The notes under the pieces were generated by a model. The model was not told the origin of the DNA and made no database searches. It worked only from the letters and a program-made list of their open reading frames with translations. From Patescibacteria group bacterium (GTDB lineage Bacteria; Patescibacteriota; Patescibacteriia; Patescibacteriales; UBA12465), in assembly GCA_041656935.1 (NCBI GenBank), contig JBBACQ010000001.1:29459-93458 (forward strand): a stretch of 64,000 bases of DNA, read 5' to 3'. Position numbers and translations under genes: made by a program. Each line of letters begins with the position of its first letter. Position 1 is the stretch's first letter. Below, in pieces: positions 43,354-53,444 of this stretch.

Positions 43354-45075
43354 TTATTTTCTTGTTTTTCGAGAAAATTTAGTATGTAAAACCCCGGAAG
43401 CTAATTTATTATCCTTAATCCACTTCACTGCTTCTACTGCCCCCTTATTATCATGGGCGGTTCTTATTTTACCCTTTTTATCCTCTTTATACAAGCCTTT
43501 AGTTCTTTGGGCGACAATTTCCATAGAACTAGGGATAGGTTGGCCTCCTCCGCCAATACAACCCCCTGGACAAGCCATTACCTCAACATAGTCATATTTA
43601 TCTAAATTTTTTAATAACTCACCAATATTACCAATCCCATTAACCACTGCAATATTTAACTTTTTACCAGACAGATTAATCCGAGCCTCTTTAATTCCCT
43701 CTTTTCCTCTGACCTCCCGAAATTCTATTCGAGAATTACAAATTTTAGCTTGAGGAGAATTACAAATAGAATAATGAGCGGTTCTCAAAGCTGACTCCAT
43801 AACCCCACCGCTAGCCCCATAAATCAAACCAGCACTACTACCATCATTTATTAAATCGTTAGACTTGGTCGGCTTTAAATTCTTAAAATCAATATTATTC
43901 TTCTTTATTAAAAAAGCCAATTCTCTGACCGTTAAAACTTCATCAACCGGATAATTTTTACCAATTTTTAATTCTGTTTTTTTAGCCTCTACTTTTTTAG
44001 CCGTACAAGGCATAATAGAAACTACTACGATATTTTCTGGCTTAATCTTTTTCTTTTGGGCCCAATAGGTTTTAATTATTCCACCCAAATGAATCTGAGG
44101 AGATCTCGAGGTTGTTAAATTAGGGATTAAATCTGGTCGATAAAACTCGACATATTTTACCCAGGCCGGACAACAAGAGGTCAGCATTGGTAATTTAGGT
44201 TTTTTTTCACCTAATCTTTCTAATAATTCCTCAGCCTCTACTAAAGTAGTAATATCGGCTCCAAAAACCACATCAATCACCTGATCAAACCCGAGTTTCT
44301 TTAAAGCTGAAACCATTTTACCACTATTATTCTGTCCGTAGGGTAAACCAAACTCCTCTCCAATAGTTATTCTAGAAGATGGTGCTATTATGGCTACTAA
44401 AGTTTTATTTTTTTTATCTCTGAGAATTCTCTCAATTTTAGACCAATCATATTGTTCTTGAGCTGAAGCTACCGGACATTTGAGCGTACACTGACCACAA
44501 TAAATACAATCAATCTTTTTATTTTCGGTTGGGACTATCTCTTGTTTAGCTCCCTTACCTTTTATCTCTAAATAATTTATTTTCTGAACATTAGAACAAA
44601 CATCTACACAATTCTGACAATCAATACATTGAGTTCCATCGATTTCTACTGAATTAGAAAATTTATATGTCTTCCTATCTCCCTTTCTATCCTTAAAATT
44701 GGTTATTTTAATATTATATCGTTTAGCTAAATTTAATAACGTACAATTATATTTAAGAGTACAATCAAAACACTTTTCAATATGTTCTGCAAAAATTAAT
44801 TTCAAATTAGTATCTCGGGCTATTTTAACTTTTTTAGAATTAGTAAAAACCTCAATACCATTCTCAGCTATAACTGAACAAGATGTCATTAATTTATTGC
44901 AACCCTTAACCTCAACCACACAAACACGACAATTGGCTTTAGTTTTTAAATCGGGATGATGACATAATGCGGGAATAAAAATTTTATTTTTCTGAGCAAT
45001 CTCTAAAATAGTTTGACCACTTTGACCAAAATATTCTTTTCCATCTATTTTTATTTTTATTTTTTTATTTAACAT
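43354..45075 (-). CDS. hydA: [FeFe] hydrogenase catalytic subunit (group A)
   Basis: H-cluster motifs are TSCCPAW (L1), MPCTAKK (L2) and EVMACPGGCIGGGGQP (L3). It has an N-terminal 2Fe-2S domain and two 4Fe-4S ferredoxin motifs. Confidence 0.92.
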   Translation of the reverse strand: MLNKKIKIKIDGKEYFGQSGQTILEIAQKNKIFIPALCHHPDLKTKANCRVCVVEVKGCNKLMTSCSVIAENGIEVFTNSKKVKIARDTNLKLIFAEHIEKCFDCTLKYNCTLLNLAKRYNIKITNFKDRKGDRKTYKFSNSVEIDGTQCIDCQNCVDVCSNVQKINYLEIKGKGAKQEIVPTENKKIDCIYCGQCTLKCPVASAQEQYDWSKIERILRDKKNKTLVAIIAPSSRITIGEEFGLPYGQNNSGKMVSALKKLGFDQVIDVVFGADITTLVEAEELLERLGEKKPKLPMLTSCCPAWVKYVEFYRPDLIPNLTTSRSPQIHLGGIIKTYWAQKKKIKPENIVVVSIMPCTAKKVEAKKTELKIGKNYPVDEVLTVRELAFLIKKNNIDFKNLKPTKSNDLINDGSSAGLIYGASGGVMESALRTAHYSICNSPQAKICNSRIEFREVRGKEGIKEARINLSGKKLNIAVVNGIGNIGELLKNLDKYDYVEVMACPGGCIGGGGQPIPSSMEIVAQRTKGLYKEDKKGKIRTAHDNKGAVEAVKWIKDNKLASGVLHTKFSRKTRK

Positions 45076-46090
45076 AAATATTTTTTAAATAACTAGAAAC
45101 CGCAATTGGAGCCGAAGCGCCCAAAGCACAAAAGGACGACAGGGTTAAATTAGCGCAAATCTCCAAAAATTGTTTATTTTTTTCCAAAGAACGAAGCGAA
45201 TTATTTTTTTTAGAAACATAATTATTTTGAAAAAGTTCTAATAATCGATAAGTTCCCTCTCGACAAGGAGTACATTGCCCACAGGTATGATCAACAAAAA
45301 AACTTAACCAGTATCGGATTAATTCTATGGGTTTATGTTTGGCTAGATTATAAATAGTGATAGAACCAGCGCCTGATACTTTTTTCCCTAACTGTTTTTC
45401 ATTTAGAACCTCACCCGAAGCATCGCCACCGATCTGAACGAAAAATTTATATTTAGGATAATTACCAGATTTTTGTAAAACCTCTCTAATGCTCAAATTG
45501 TCAGCTAAACAATAGACTCCGATATTTTTCCGTTCTAAGTTTATAGAATAAAACCGTTCCCTTTTAAATTTATTTTCGCTAACCAAATAAACATTATACA
45601 GGGTCTCAATATTATTTATAAGCGTCGGGAAACCAAATAATCCTTCCTCGGTTGGAAAAGGTGGTTTTAAACGAGGCTCAATCCTATTACCCTCAATAAT
45701 ATTTAAAATGGTACTTTCCTCTCCCCCAATATACCCAGCTTCTCGAGGTTTTTCTATTAAAATAAATTTCCCTTTAAGACCAACCGAATCGAAGGCCCTA
45801 ATAATATTTTTTTTATAAGCTTGAAAATATTTACTATTCAAATAAAAATATATTTTTTCGGCTTTAATAAAATCAGAGGCTATCTTTACGCCTCCAGAAA
45901 ATTCCTTTAAAAAATTCTTAATAATAAAACCATCTTTAAAAACCCCCGGTTCGCCTTCGGCCCCATTTATTACTAAATATTTCTTTTGGGATGATTTTTT
46001 TTTGACCGCCTGCCATTTAACATGGGTTGGAAAATTAGCTCCACCACGACCAACCAAACAAAAATCTTCTATTTTTTTTATTATTGACAT
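45065..46090 (-). CDS. NuoF/HydB-like flavoprotein subunit (short form)
   Basis: GRGGANFPT and GAEGEPG (FMN/NADH site) and the CGQCTPCREG cluster motif. It is only 341 aa and overlaps hydA by 11 nt. Confidence 0.78.
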   Translation of the reverse strand: MSIIKKIEDFCLVGRGGANFPTHVKWQAVKKKSSQKKYLVINGAEGEPGVFKDGFIIKNFLKEFSGGVKIASDFIKAEKIYFYLNSKYFQAYKKNIIRAFDSVGLKGKFILIEKPREAGYIGGEESTILNIIEGNRIEPRLKPPFPTEEGLFGFPTLINNIETLYNVYLVSENKFKRERFYSINLERKNIGVYCLADNLSIREVLQKSGNYPKYKFFVQIGGDASGEVLNEKQLGKKVSGAGSITIYNLAKHKPIELIRYWLSFFVDHTCGQCTPCREGTYRLLELFQNNYVSKKNNSLRSLEKNKQFLEICANLTLSSFCALGASAPIAVSSYLKNIYVK

Positions 46091-46138
46091 GTTGTGTAAT
46101 TAATAATATTTTTATCCCTCGCCGACCGCATGAATCTT

Positions 46139-46333
46139 TTATTTATCTCCTTTGTTCCCTTTATGCTTCTCCTTGCGACTATACTTTTTTTTATTCTTAT
46201 GTGGTCCGCCCTTAACGGTAAAAGCTCCGACTCCAGTTTCAATATCATTTTCTCGGCTCCCCTTCTTTAATCCCTTAGCTAAAGCTTTTTTCTTCTCTTC
46301 CTCTGACAAATTAAAAAAGATTTTTTCCTTCAT
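46139..46333 (-). CDS. Small lysine-rich hypothetical protein
   Basis: 64-aa ORF, co-oriented. Coding status is uncertain. Confidence 0.3.
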   Translation of the reverse strand: MKEKIFFNLSEEEKKKALAKGLKKGSRENDIETGVGAFTVKGGPHKNKKKYSRKEKHKGNKGDK

Positions 46334-46342
46334 ATAAAAAAA

Positions 46343-47353
46343 TTAAAATAAATATTTAATTAAATCAGCTAAACGGCAAGAATAACCCCATTCGTTATCA
46401 TACCAAGAGATAACCTTAATCATATTGCCACCGACTACTTTAGTTAAAGATAAGTCCACGATAGCGCTATGACTGTTCTTAATAATATCCGAAGAAACTA
46501 AAGGCTCATAAGAAGCCTCAACTAAGTTTTTGTACTTAGTTGTCTTAGTAATTTTTATAAAATGATTATTAATTTCTTCTATACTAGTTTTTTTCTTTGT
46601 TAAAAAAACAATATCACACATTGAGCCAACAACAACTGGAACACGAACCGCCAAACCATCAAAAACTCCCTTAAGAGACGGAATAGTCTGATTAATAGCA
46701 ATAGCGGCTCCGGTAGTAGTTGGAATCATATTAACTCCAGCCGAACGAGCTCGACGTAAATCCTTATGTGGACCATCAACTAAATTTTGATCAGCCGTGT
46801 AAGCATGAATTGTGGTCATTAAAGCATTTTTTATACCAAACTTCTGTCTAATAATATCAGTAACCGGAGCTAAACAATTAGTAGTGCAGGAAGCACAAGA
46901 TAGAACTTGGTCTTTCTTGCCTATCTTATTTTCATTTACTCCCAAAACAATAGTTTTCACTTCAGACTCACCCTTAACTGGGGCCGACAATATCACTTTT
47001 TTAGCACCAGCTTTAATATGCATCAATAAGCCCTCTTTAGTAGTAAATCTGCCAGTACATTCTAAGACTAAGTCAACCTTCATTTTCCCCCAAGGAAGAA
47101 GGCTCGGGTCTTTTTCCGACAACACTGGAATTTTTTTGTTTCCAATGATTAAATTTTTGCTATCACTGGAAATTTTTTTATCATAAATTCCATAAGCCGA
47201 ATCATACTTCAAAAGATGCGCTAAGGTCTTAGTATCAGTTAAATCATTAATAGCGATAATCTCATAAGAAGGATATTTTTCTAAAATAACTTTTAGAACT
47301 GCTCGGCCAATTCGGCCAAAGCCATTAATAGCAATGTTTATTTTTTTTGACAT
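46343..47353 (-). CDS. gap: Glyceraldehyde-3-phosphate dehydrogenase
   Basis: INGFGRIGR NAD motif, active site SCTTNCLAP, and WYDNEWGYS. The start is placed at MSKKINIAING. Confidence 0.95.
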   Translation of the reverse strand: MSKKINIAINGFGRIGRAVLKVILEKYPSYEIIAINDLTDTKTLAHLLKYDSAYGIYDKKISSDSKNLIIGNKKIPVLSEKDPSLLPWGKMKVDLVLECTGRFTTKEGLLMHIKAGAKKVILSAPVKGESEVKTIVLGVNENKIGKKDQVLSCASCTTNCLAPVTDIIRQKFGIKNALMTTIHAYTADQNLVDGPHKDLRRARSAGVNMIPTTTGAAIAINQTIPSLKGVFDGLAVRVPVVVGSMCDIVFLTKKKTSIEEINNHFIKITKTTKYKNLVEASYEPLVSSDIIKNSHSAIVDLSLTKVVGGNMIKVISWYDNEWGYSCRLADLIKYLF

Positions 47354-47443
47354 AATTTTAATTTTTAGTTTCTCTAAAAACAAAACTAAAAAATAATTAA
47401 TAAATAATTAATATAGATAAATTATACCATAATTTTTAAAAAA

Positions 47444-47470
47444 CAAAAAATCGCCCCAAACGGCGATTTT
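47444..47470 (-). terminator. Rho-independent terminator after the PSP1-domain gene
   Basis: Minus-strand AAAATCGCC-guuugg-GGCGAUUUUUUGUUUUUU. Confidence 0.6.
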
Positions 47471-47500
47471 ATAATATTTAAATCTAAAAAGGTTGAAAAA

Positions 47501-48322
47501 TTACCCCTTTTTTTTATGTCGATTAAGATCTACTTCTATTACCACGTTGTTTTCTCCCTCCTTCTCTCCTCTAAATAAAACATCAACCGATTGTTTTAAA
47601 ACATGATGACCCAGCACTTCGCCTCTTCGACCATCAACATTAACCTTAGCTCCAATAGCTGGAAGTTTTTTGTATAATTCTAAATAACCTTCATATTCAT
47701 AAGATAAGCAACACATCAATTTACCACACATTCCCGAAACTCTATCACTACCACGATGAACAACCTGTTGTACTTCGGCCATTTCTGAAGTAATAGAAGA
47801 AAAATCTTTAATAGAACCACGACAACATAAACCTCGGCCACAATGACCAAAATCTCCATCCAATCGAGCCTCATCTCGGCTACCAATCTGAGTTAAACGG
47901 ATAATCCCCTTAAAATGGCCAGTTAAATCCTTAACTAAAACTCTAAAATCTACTCGATTATCAGAATAAAAAGCAAAATTAATTCTGTTTTTATCTAAGG
48001 AAAAATGCACATCAACCAACTTCATGGGGAGATCATATTTTTTTATAATTTCCCGACAATAATCTAAGGCCTCTTTTTTCTCGTCATTACTAATTACTTT
48101 TTTTAAATCACTATCATTAGCCAAACGAATAACCGGTTTAATACTTTTGCGATCTTCCTCATCTTTGATATCAGACAAATCTTTAAAAGAAGAAATCTGC
48201 CCAATCTCTTGACCAAACTCTGTTTCCACTATAACAACATCACCAACGCTTAAATTAAGATCATTGATGCTAAAATTATATTTTTTATCCCAAGAAGCAA
48301 ATTGTATTTGAGCAATTTTCAT
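47501..48322 (-). CDS. PSP1 domain protein (RicT/YaaT-like)
   Basis: 273 aa with a PSP1 C-terminal-type Cys cluster (HCGRGLCCRG...GMCGKLMCCLSYE). Confidence 0.8.
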   Translation of the reverse strand: MKIAQIQFASWDKKYNFSINDLNLSVGDVVIVETEFGQEIGQISSFKDLSDIKDEEDRKSIKPVIRLANDSDLKKVISNDEKKEALDYCREIIKKYDLPMKLVDVHFSLDKNRINFAFYSDNRVDFRVLVKDLTGHFKGIIRLTQIGSRDEARLDGDFGHCGRGLCCRGSIKDFSSITSEMAEVQQVVHRGSDRVSGMCGKLMCCLSYEYEGYLELYKKLPAIGAKVNVDGRRGEVLGHHVLKQSVDVLFRGEKEGENNVVIEVDLNRHKKKG

Positions 48323-48324
48323 TT

Positions 48325-49119
48325 TTATAAAGAGAATCTAATGAATTTTAAAATGTTTGTTCCACCTAAAATATCCTTAACTGTTTTTTTATCGTCCTTA
48401 ATATATTCTTGATCAACTAAGCAAACCTCGGAATAATACTTTTTAACCTTACCTTGCATAATATTATCAATAATATTTTCTGGTTTTCCTTCTTTCGAAA
48501 GTTGAGCTCGATAAACCTCTTTTTCTTTTTCTAGCTCTTCCGCTGGAACCTCAGAACTTTCTAAATAACGAGGATTAGAAGCGGTAATCTGCATAGCAAT
48601 TTCTCCAGCTATTTCTTCTTGATTAGATTGATCTAAAGAGACCAAAACTCCAATTTTACCACCTAAATGTGAGTAAGCTGAAACTGTTTGACCAGAAACA
48701 AAAGCTATTCTCCCTAAGGCCAATTTTTCACCAATAACACCACTTAAACCATTTATTTGGTCTTCAACAGTTGATCCATTTAATTCGGCGGATAATAAAT
48801 CATCCCTATTATCTGATTTTACCTTTTTAAGTGTTTCTAAAATTTTTTGGGCTAATTCTTGAAATTTTTCATTTCGAGCAACAAAGTCAGTTTCTGAATT
48901 CAACTCGACAAGATAACCCTCATTTTTATCACCATTAACGCCAACTAGAATAAGCCCCTCGCTAGCTTCGCGCTCGCTTCTCTTAGCCGCCTTAGCGATT
49001 CCTTTTTTTCTTAGAATCTCGATGGCTTTTTCTATATCACCACTAGCTTCATCTAAGGCCTTTTTGCAATCAACCATTCCAGCCCCAGTTCTCTCTCTTA
49101 ATTTTTTTATCTCTTCCAT
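48325..49119 (-). CDS. tsf: Translation elongation factor Ts
   Basis: N-terminal UBA-like IKKLRERTGAGMVDCKKAL, downstream of rpsB. Confidence 0.95.
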   Translation of the reverse strand: MEEIKKLRERTGAGMVDCKKALDEASGDIEKAIEILRKKGIAKAAKRSEREASEGLILVGVNGDKNEGYLVELNSETDFVARNEKFQELAQKILETLKKVKSDNRDDLLSAELNGSTVEDQINGLSGVIGEKLALGRIAFVSGQTVSAYSHLGGKIGVLVSLDQSNQEEIAGEIAMQITASNPRYLESSEVPAEELEKEKEVYRAQLSKEGKPENIIDNIMQGKVKKYYSEVCLVDQEYIKDDKKTVKDILGGTNILKFIRFSL

Positions 49120-49201
49120 ATTTTTAAAACACTAGGCCATCCTATTTAATCTAAAACTAATTTAAATAATATTAAGATGACCGAGAGCAAATAATTAATA
49201 A

Positions 49202-49894
49202 TTACTTTAAAACGATATTTTTAGCATCTAATAAGTTTTCTTTAATTGACCCTAAAATTAATTCTACTGTCTTACTAGCATCATCATTTCCAGGAATAGG
49301 ATAATCAGCCAAACTTGGATCAACGTTGGTATCGCAGATAGCAATTATCGGGATATTTTTTTTCTGAGCTTCAGCAACAGCTGTTTTCTCTTCTTTTAAA
49401 TCCCAAATGAAAATGGCATCGGGCAACTTTATTAACCCCACCAATCCCCCAACTCTTTCTTCTAGTCTTTTTATCTCTCTATCAAAATCTAATTTTTCTT
49501 TTTTGGTATATTTATTTAATTTTCCAGTTTCTCGGTCAGTTAACAAATCCTGATATTTTTTGATTGATTTTTTAATAATCGCAAAATTAGTTAATAAACC
49601 ACCCAACCATTTACCAGTGATATAGGGCATTTTTATTTCTTGCGCCATGCTCTTCATTATTTCTTTAACCTGTTTCTTGGTACCAACAAAAAGAATATTT
49701 TTGTCTTCTTTTTTTAATCGGATCATAAAATCCAAAGCTTCTTTAAGCTTTTCCTGAGATTTTTCTAGATTAATAACATAAACACCATTTTTTTTAGTAA
49801 AAATAAATGGTTCCATTTTAGGATGCCAACGATTGGTACGATGACCAAAGTGCATTCCCGCCTTCATCATTTCCTCTAATTTAGGAATGTTCAT
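49202..49894 (-). CDS. rpsB: 30S ribosomal protein S2
   Basis: LMKAGMHFGHRTNRWHPKM N-terminus, typical S2 length, in an rpsB-tsf pair. Confidence 0.96.
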   Translation of the reverse strand: MNIPKLEEMMKAGMHFGHRTNRWHPKMEPFIFTKKNGVYVINLEKSQEKLKEALDFMIRLKKEDKNILFVGTKKQVKEIMKSMAQEIKMPYITGKWLGGLLTNFAIIKKSIKKYQDLLTDRETGKLNKYTKKEKLDFDREIKRLEERVGGLVGLIKLPDAIFIWDLKEEKTAVAEAQKKNIPIIAICDTNVDPSLADYPIPGNDDASKTVELILGSIKENLLDAKNIVLK

Positions 49895-50077
49895 AGTTTT
49901 CTTTTTTATCTCATTTTATTTAAAAATGAGCGACTGCTTACAAAATTTATATTTGTTTTAATATAAACAAGAAAATTGGAGTAAGCATGTTTTATGATTA
50001 ATAAAAAGCTTAAATAGCTGAGTTATTTAAGCTTTTCATATAATACCGATATTTTGTGAAAAAGTCAATATTAAAAA

Positions 50078-51562
50078 CTAATTCTGATAAAAATCCTTAA
50101 CCATTTTATTCAATAAGGCCAAATTATCATTATAAACCCTAGTTTTTAGATTATATTCATCTAAAGTGCTATTATATTCAGCTACTTTAATATTGTATTG
50201 AGCGACACTTAAATTATAATTATAATAATCTTTATTCTGATTATACTCATTTATTTTAACTAGCAATTGATCTAATTCATCGCTTAGAGCGTCTAATCTT
50301 TGTTGGACAAGATTTAATTCCGTCTCTTTTTGATCAACAGCCGTTTCCATTTTAGAAATAGCACTTACCATATTAACAACATCGGTCATACCCCCATAAA
50401 TTCTTCCATTTCCTTGTTGGTAAACTTCTAACAAACCTAAATATTGACCATCAAAAACATCTTCCCAAGAGAAATCACCTAATCTAGCCTGACCGCCAGA
50501 TAATTCTCCCGGAAAAACTCCAACTGGAAAATAATTAGTTGTTTCTATAAAACAATAACCAGAATTATAAGAAGATTGCCCCGAGCAAGCTACGGCCACC
50601 GCCGAATGTTTAGAGTTAGGATAATCAAAAATAGCTCCACCATAACCCATTTTTCTGAGCATTAGGAGAGCCAAGAAAGCCTTATCAGAACAGATACCCG
50701 AATTTTTATAAAGAGTTTCATAAGGAAAATTTTGCGGACTGGTTTCTAACTTAGAGGAATCGTAAGGAATATATTGAACAAAAGACATAACAAATTCTAA
50801 AAACTCATCATCATCGAAACCATCTCGATCAGCTATTTTTTTTAAACTTATTAATAATTTCTCAACATAATCATCACTACTCTTTAAAGTTAAAAAAATA
50901 CCATAATAACTATCTCTTAAATTTTCCGGTGGATTATCACCTGAATAATAAAAAGTTTTACTCGAATTTTTATATTCATTATAAATATTAGTATTTAAAA
51001 CCTGATCTAAAGTATATTGTTTGTTTTTATATTTCCAAGAGAATTTAACCAATTTTTCTTCTGGCCCAACTTTTATCGTTTCTGGAATATCTAAATCATA
51101 ACCCGCTAAATATCCCAAAGGTATTTGGCTTAGATCAGAGTTACTTATTCCTAACCCCAACTGACGCATGATATTAAAAGCATCGGCTGGTCGGCCTAAA
51201 TAATAAAGGTTAAGATTTGTCGGATTAATATAATAAGCCTGCCCCTTGTCCTCTACCTGAAGAAGTATTCTCCCAGCTAAATTAGGCCGAGCTTTATTTT
51301 TAATAAAATTTAATAAATCACTGTTAGAAACTCCCAAACCGAAAGAGCGCATGATGTTGAAAGCATCATTAGGTCTTCCTAGATAATACTTTTTCTTATC
51401 AATCGGATTAATATAATAAGCCTCACCATAACTTTCTACCTGAAGCAATATTCTACCTGAAAGTCGATCTGATATGGCCGAAGCCTCTACTCTAAAAATA
51501 GGTAGTAAACAGAAAAACAATAAACTTACTAAAAATAACTTTTTCTTCTGACTAATAAACAT
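50078..51562 (-). CDS. Secreted hypothetical protein with duplicated N-terminal module and C-terminal coiled coil
   Basis: It has a signal peptide and two copies of GRILLQVExxGxAYYINPxxxxxYYLGRPxDAFNIMRxxGLGxSNSDL. The central region has a Cys context (NSGICSDKAFLAL) that could be transglutaminase-like. Confidence 0.55.
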   Translation of the reverse strand: MFISQKKKLFLVSLLFFCLLPIFRVEASAISDRLSGRILLQVESYGEAYYINPIDKKKYYLGRPNDAFNIMRSFGLGVSNSDLLNFIKNKARPNLAGRILLQVEDKGQAYYINPTNLNLYYLGRPADAFNIMRQLGLGISNSDLSQIPLGYLAGYDLDIPETIKVGPEEKLVKFSWKYKNKQYTLDQVLNTNIYNEYKNSSKTFYYSGDNPPENLRDSYYGIFLTLKSSDDYVEKLLISLKKIADRDGFDDDEFLEFVMSFVQYIPYDSSKLETSPQNFPYETLYKNSGICSDKAFLALLMLRKMGYGGAIFDYPNSKHSAVAVACSGQSSYNSGYCFIETTNYFPVGVFPGELSGGQARLGDFSWEDVFDGQYLGLLEVYQQGNGRIYGGMTDVVNMVSAISKMETAVDQKETELNLVQQRLDALSDELDQLLVKINEYNQNKDYYNYNLSVAQYNIKVAEYNSTLDEYNLKTRVYNDNLALLNKMVKDFYQN

Positions 51563-51569
51563 TTTTTTA

Positions 51570-51941
51570 TTATGAATTATATTTTATATCTAAATCTCTA
51601 TTGTAATCAGGAATTACAATGTTAAAATTTTTAAAAGATTTAATTTTCTTCTGATCTTTTTCAATCGTCTCTACTGGAATTTTCAAAGCATAAGCTAAGG
51701 CATTGGCCGTTAAGATACCAATGCGCAAAGCGGTAAAACTACCACCTCGATGAGCCACCTTTATTTTCTTGATACCACTAAATTTAATTTTAGAAACTTT
51801 AACTAGAGCTTCAATAGCCGGTAAAAGTTTTTCCGCCTGAGAACGATAAGCTCTTATTCTCTTAGATTTAAAAATAGAACCATCCTTTTCTAGCGCTAAT
51901 TTTATCTCTTCATTATTAGAAGTATCAATTATTAAAATCAT
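51570..51941 (-). CDS. Short TsaB/YeaZ-like protein (N-terminal domain only)
   Basis: 123 aa. MILIIDTSNNE...GSFTALRIGILTANALA resembles the first ASKHA half of TsaB. The second half is absent. Confidence 0.5.
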   Translation of the reverse strand: MILIIDTSNNEEIKLALEKDGSIFKSKRIRAYRSQAEKLLPAIEALVKVSKIKFSGIKKIKVAHRGGSFTALRIGILTANALAYALKIPVETIEKDQKKIKSFKNFNIVIPDYNRDLDIKYNS

Positions 51942-52054
51942 AAAAAAATTAAGAAATTATAATAATCATTATATCATATTTCTATATTTTAAAAAGTGTT
52001 GACAAAAAGATGTTTTTGTACTTAAATATTAAGAAGTACCTAAAAAATTAGATT

Positions 52055-52390
52055 ATGAAATATGTAACGATATTGTTTTTTTCAATAATTATGATTATTT
52101 CTTGTCGTCCCGTTAGAGAATTAACTCTAAGCAAAAAAAGTTTCTTCCTAGAGATTGAAAATCGCAGTAAATACGATTTAATTATAACAATCAACGAAAA
52201 GGAAAAAACAAAACTTGGAGCTCGAAAAAAAATGGTGCTATCGGAAAAATATTTTGACCAAGGAGATGAAGTTCGTTTCGAAATTTATTATAACAAAAGG
52301 AAAAAAATTGAAAGACAATATTTTGTTATAATATTTTCCTCCCAGGCCAATAGGAAAAATAAGGTTGTAATAAGAAATCGAAACCTCTAA
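52055..52390 (+). CDS. Hypothetical small lipoprotein
   Basis: Signal peptide ending IISC (lipobox-like). 111 aa, and one of the few plus-strand genes. Confidence 0.45.
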   Translation: MKYVTILFFSIIMIISCRPVRELTLSKKSFFLEIENRSKYDLIITINEKEKTKLGARKKMVLSEKYFDQGDEVRFEIYYNKRKKIERQYFVIIFSSQANRKNKVVIRNRNL

Positions 52391-52429
52391 ATTAAAAGCG
52401 TTTTAAACGCTTTTTTTATTTATAGAAGA

Positions 52430-53380
52430 TTAATTTATTTTTTTTAATAATTTAATAATTTCTGAATAGGTTTTTGCTAACATAACTTCATTTCTCAAAA
52501 CTGAGGCCTCGGGAAAATTTTTTAAGTAATGCGCTAAATGACCTTTTAACTCTCCCAGTCCTAATTTCCCTTTGTTAATCTGGACTAATTTTAAATGCTC
52601 TAAACTAGTTTCCCTTATTAATATTTTTCTATCGTCTAAATCTAAATTATCTAATTTTTCTGAAAAGATCCACGGCCTACCCAAGGCTCCGCGACCAATA
52701 CCGACACCATCAACTCCAGTCGCTTGGATAATCTTATTAACCTCAGATAAATTATTTATCCCACCATTAGCTAAAATGATACCAGAAAAATATTTTTTAC
52801 TCTCTTTTATTAATTTTAAATCAATCGGACCGGAAAATAATTGTTTAAGAGTTCTTCCATGAATCATTAAGGCTGAAATTGGCAAATCAGAAATATTTTT
52901 TAAAAAAGGAATTAAACCAACTGAAAAAGCAGAAGTTCGAACCTTTATTGATAAGGGTAATTTAGTATTGTTTAGTATAGTTTCAATAATTTCGCGACTT
53001 AATTTTAAATCGCTCATTAATTTAGCACCAGCTCCTTGTTTTAAGACTTTTCTAACTGGACACCCAAGATTTAAATCAAAACCGTCTGGTTTTATTTCTT
53101 CAGAAATTATTTTTATAGCTTTAGCGAAGTGATCTTTATTTTGACCAAAAATTTGTACAACATAAGGTCGCTCTCGAGAACTAAACTTTAACAACTCCAA
53201 AGTTTTTTTAGGGTTAAAATTTAAAGCTGACACTGAAGCCATCTCACTATAAACAACGTCAGCCCCAAACTTTTTACATAATAAACGAAAAGCCGAATCT
53301 GTATATCCGGCTAATGGAGCTAAGGCCAAAATTGGTTTCCCATTCTTTTCTTTTTTTAATTTTTGCCAAAAATTAGTCAT
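52430..53380 (-). CDS. dus: tRNA dihydrouridine synthase
   Basis: LAPLAGYTDSAFR, LNLGCP (catalytic Cys) and HGRT motifs of the Dus family. Confidence 0.88.
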   Translation of the reverse strand: MTNFWQKLKKEKNGKPILALAPLAGYTDSAFRLLCKKFGADVVYSEMASVSALNFNPKKTLELLKFSSRERPYVVQIFGQNKDHFAKAIKIISEEIKPDGFDLNLGCPVRKVLKQGAGAKLMSDLKLSREIIETILNNTKLPLSIKVRTSAFSVGLIPFLKNISDLPISALMIHGRTLKQLFSGPIDLKLIKESKKYFSGIILANGGINNLSEVNKIIQATGVDGVGIGRGALGRPWIFSEKLDNLDLDDRKILIRETSLEHLKLVQINKGKLGLGELKGHLAHYLKNFPEASVLRNEVMLAKTYSEIIKLLKKIN

Positions 53381-53444
53381 AAATCTTATCGGAATAATTT
53401 TAAAAAATTATTAATTACAATCAACCATAGATAAATTACAAAAA

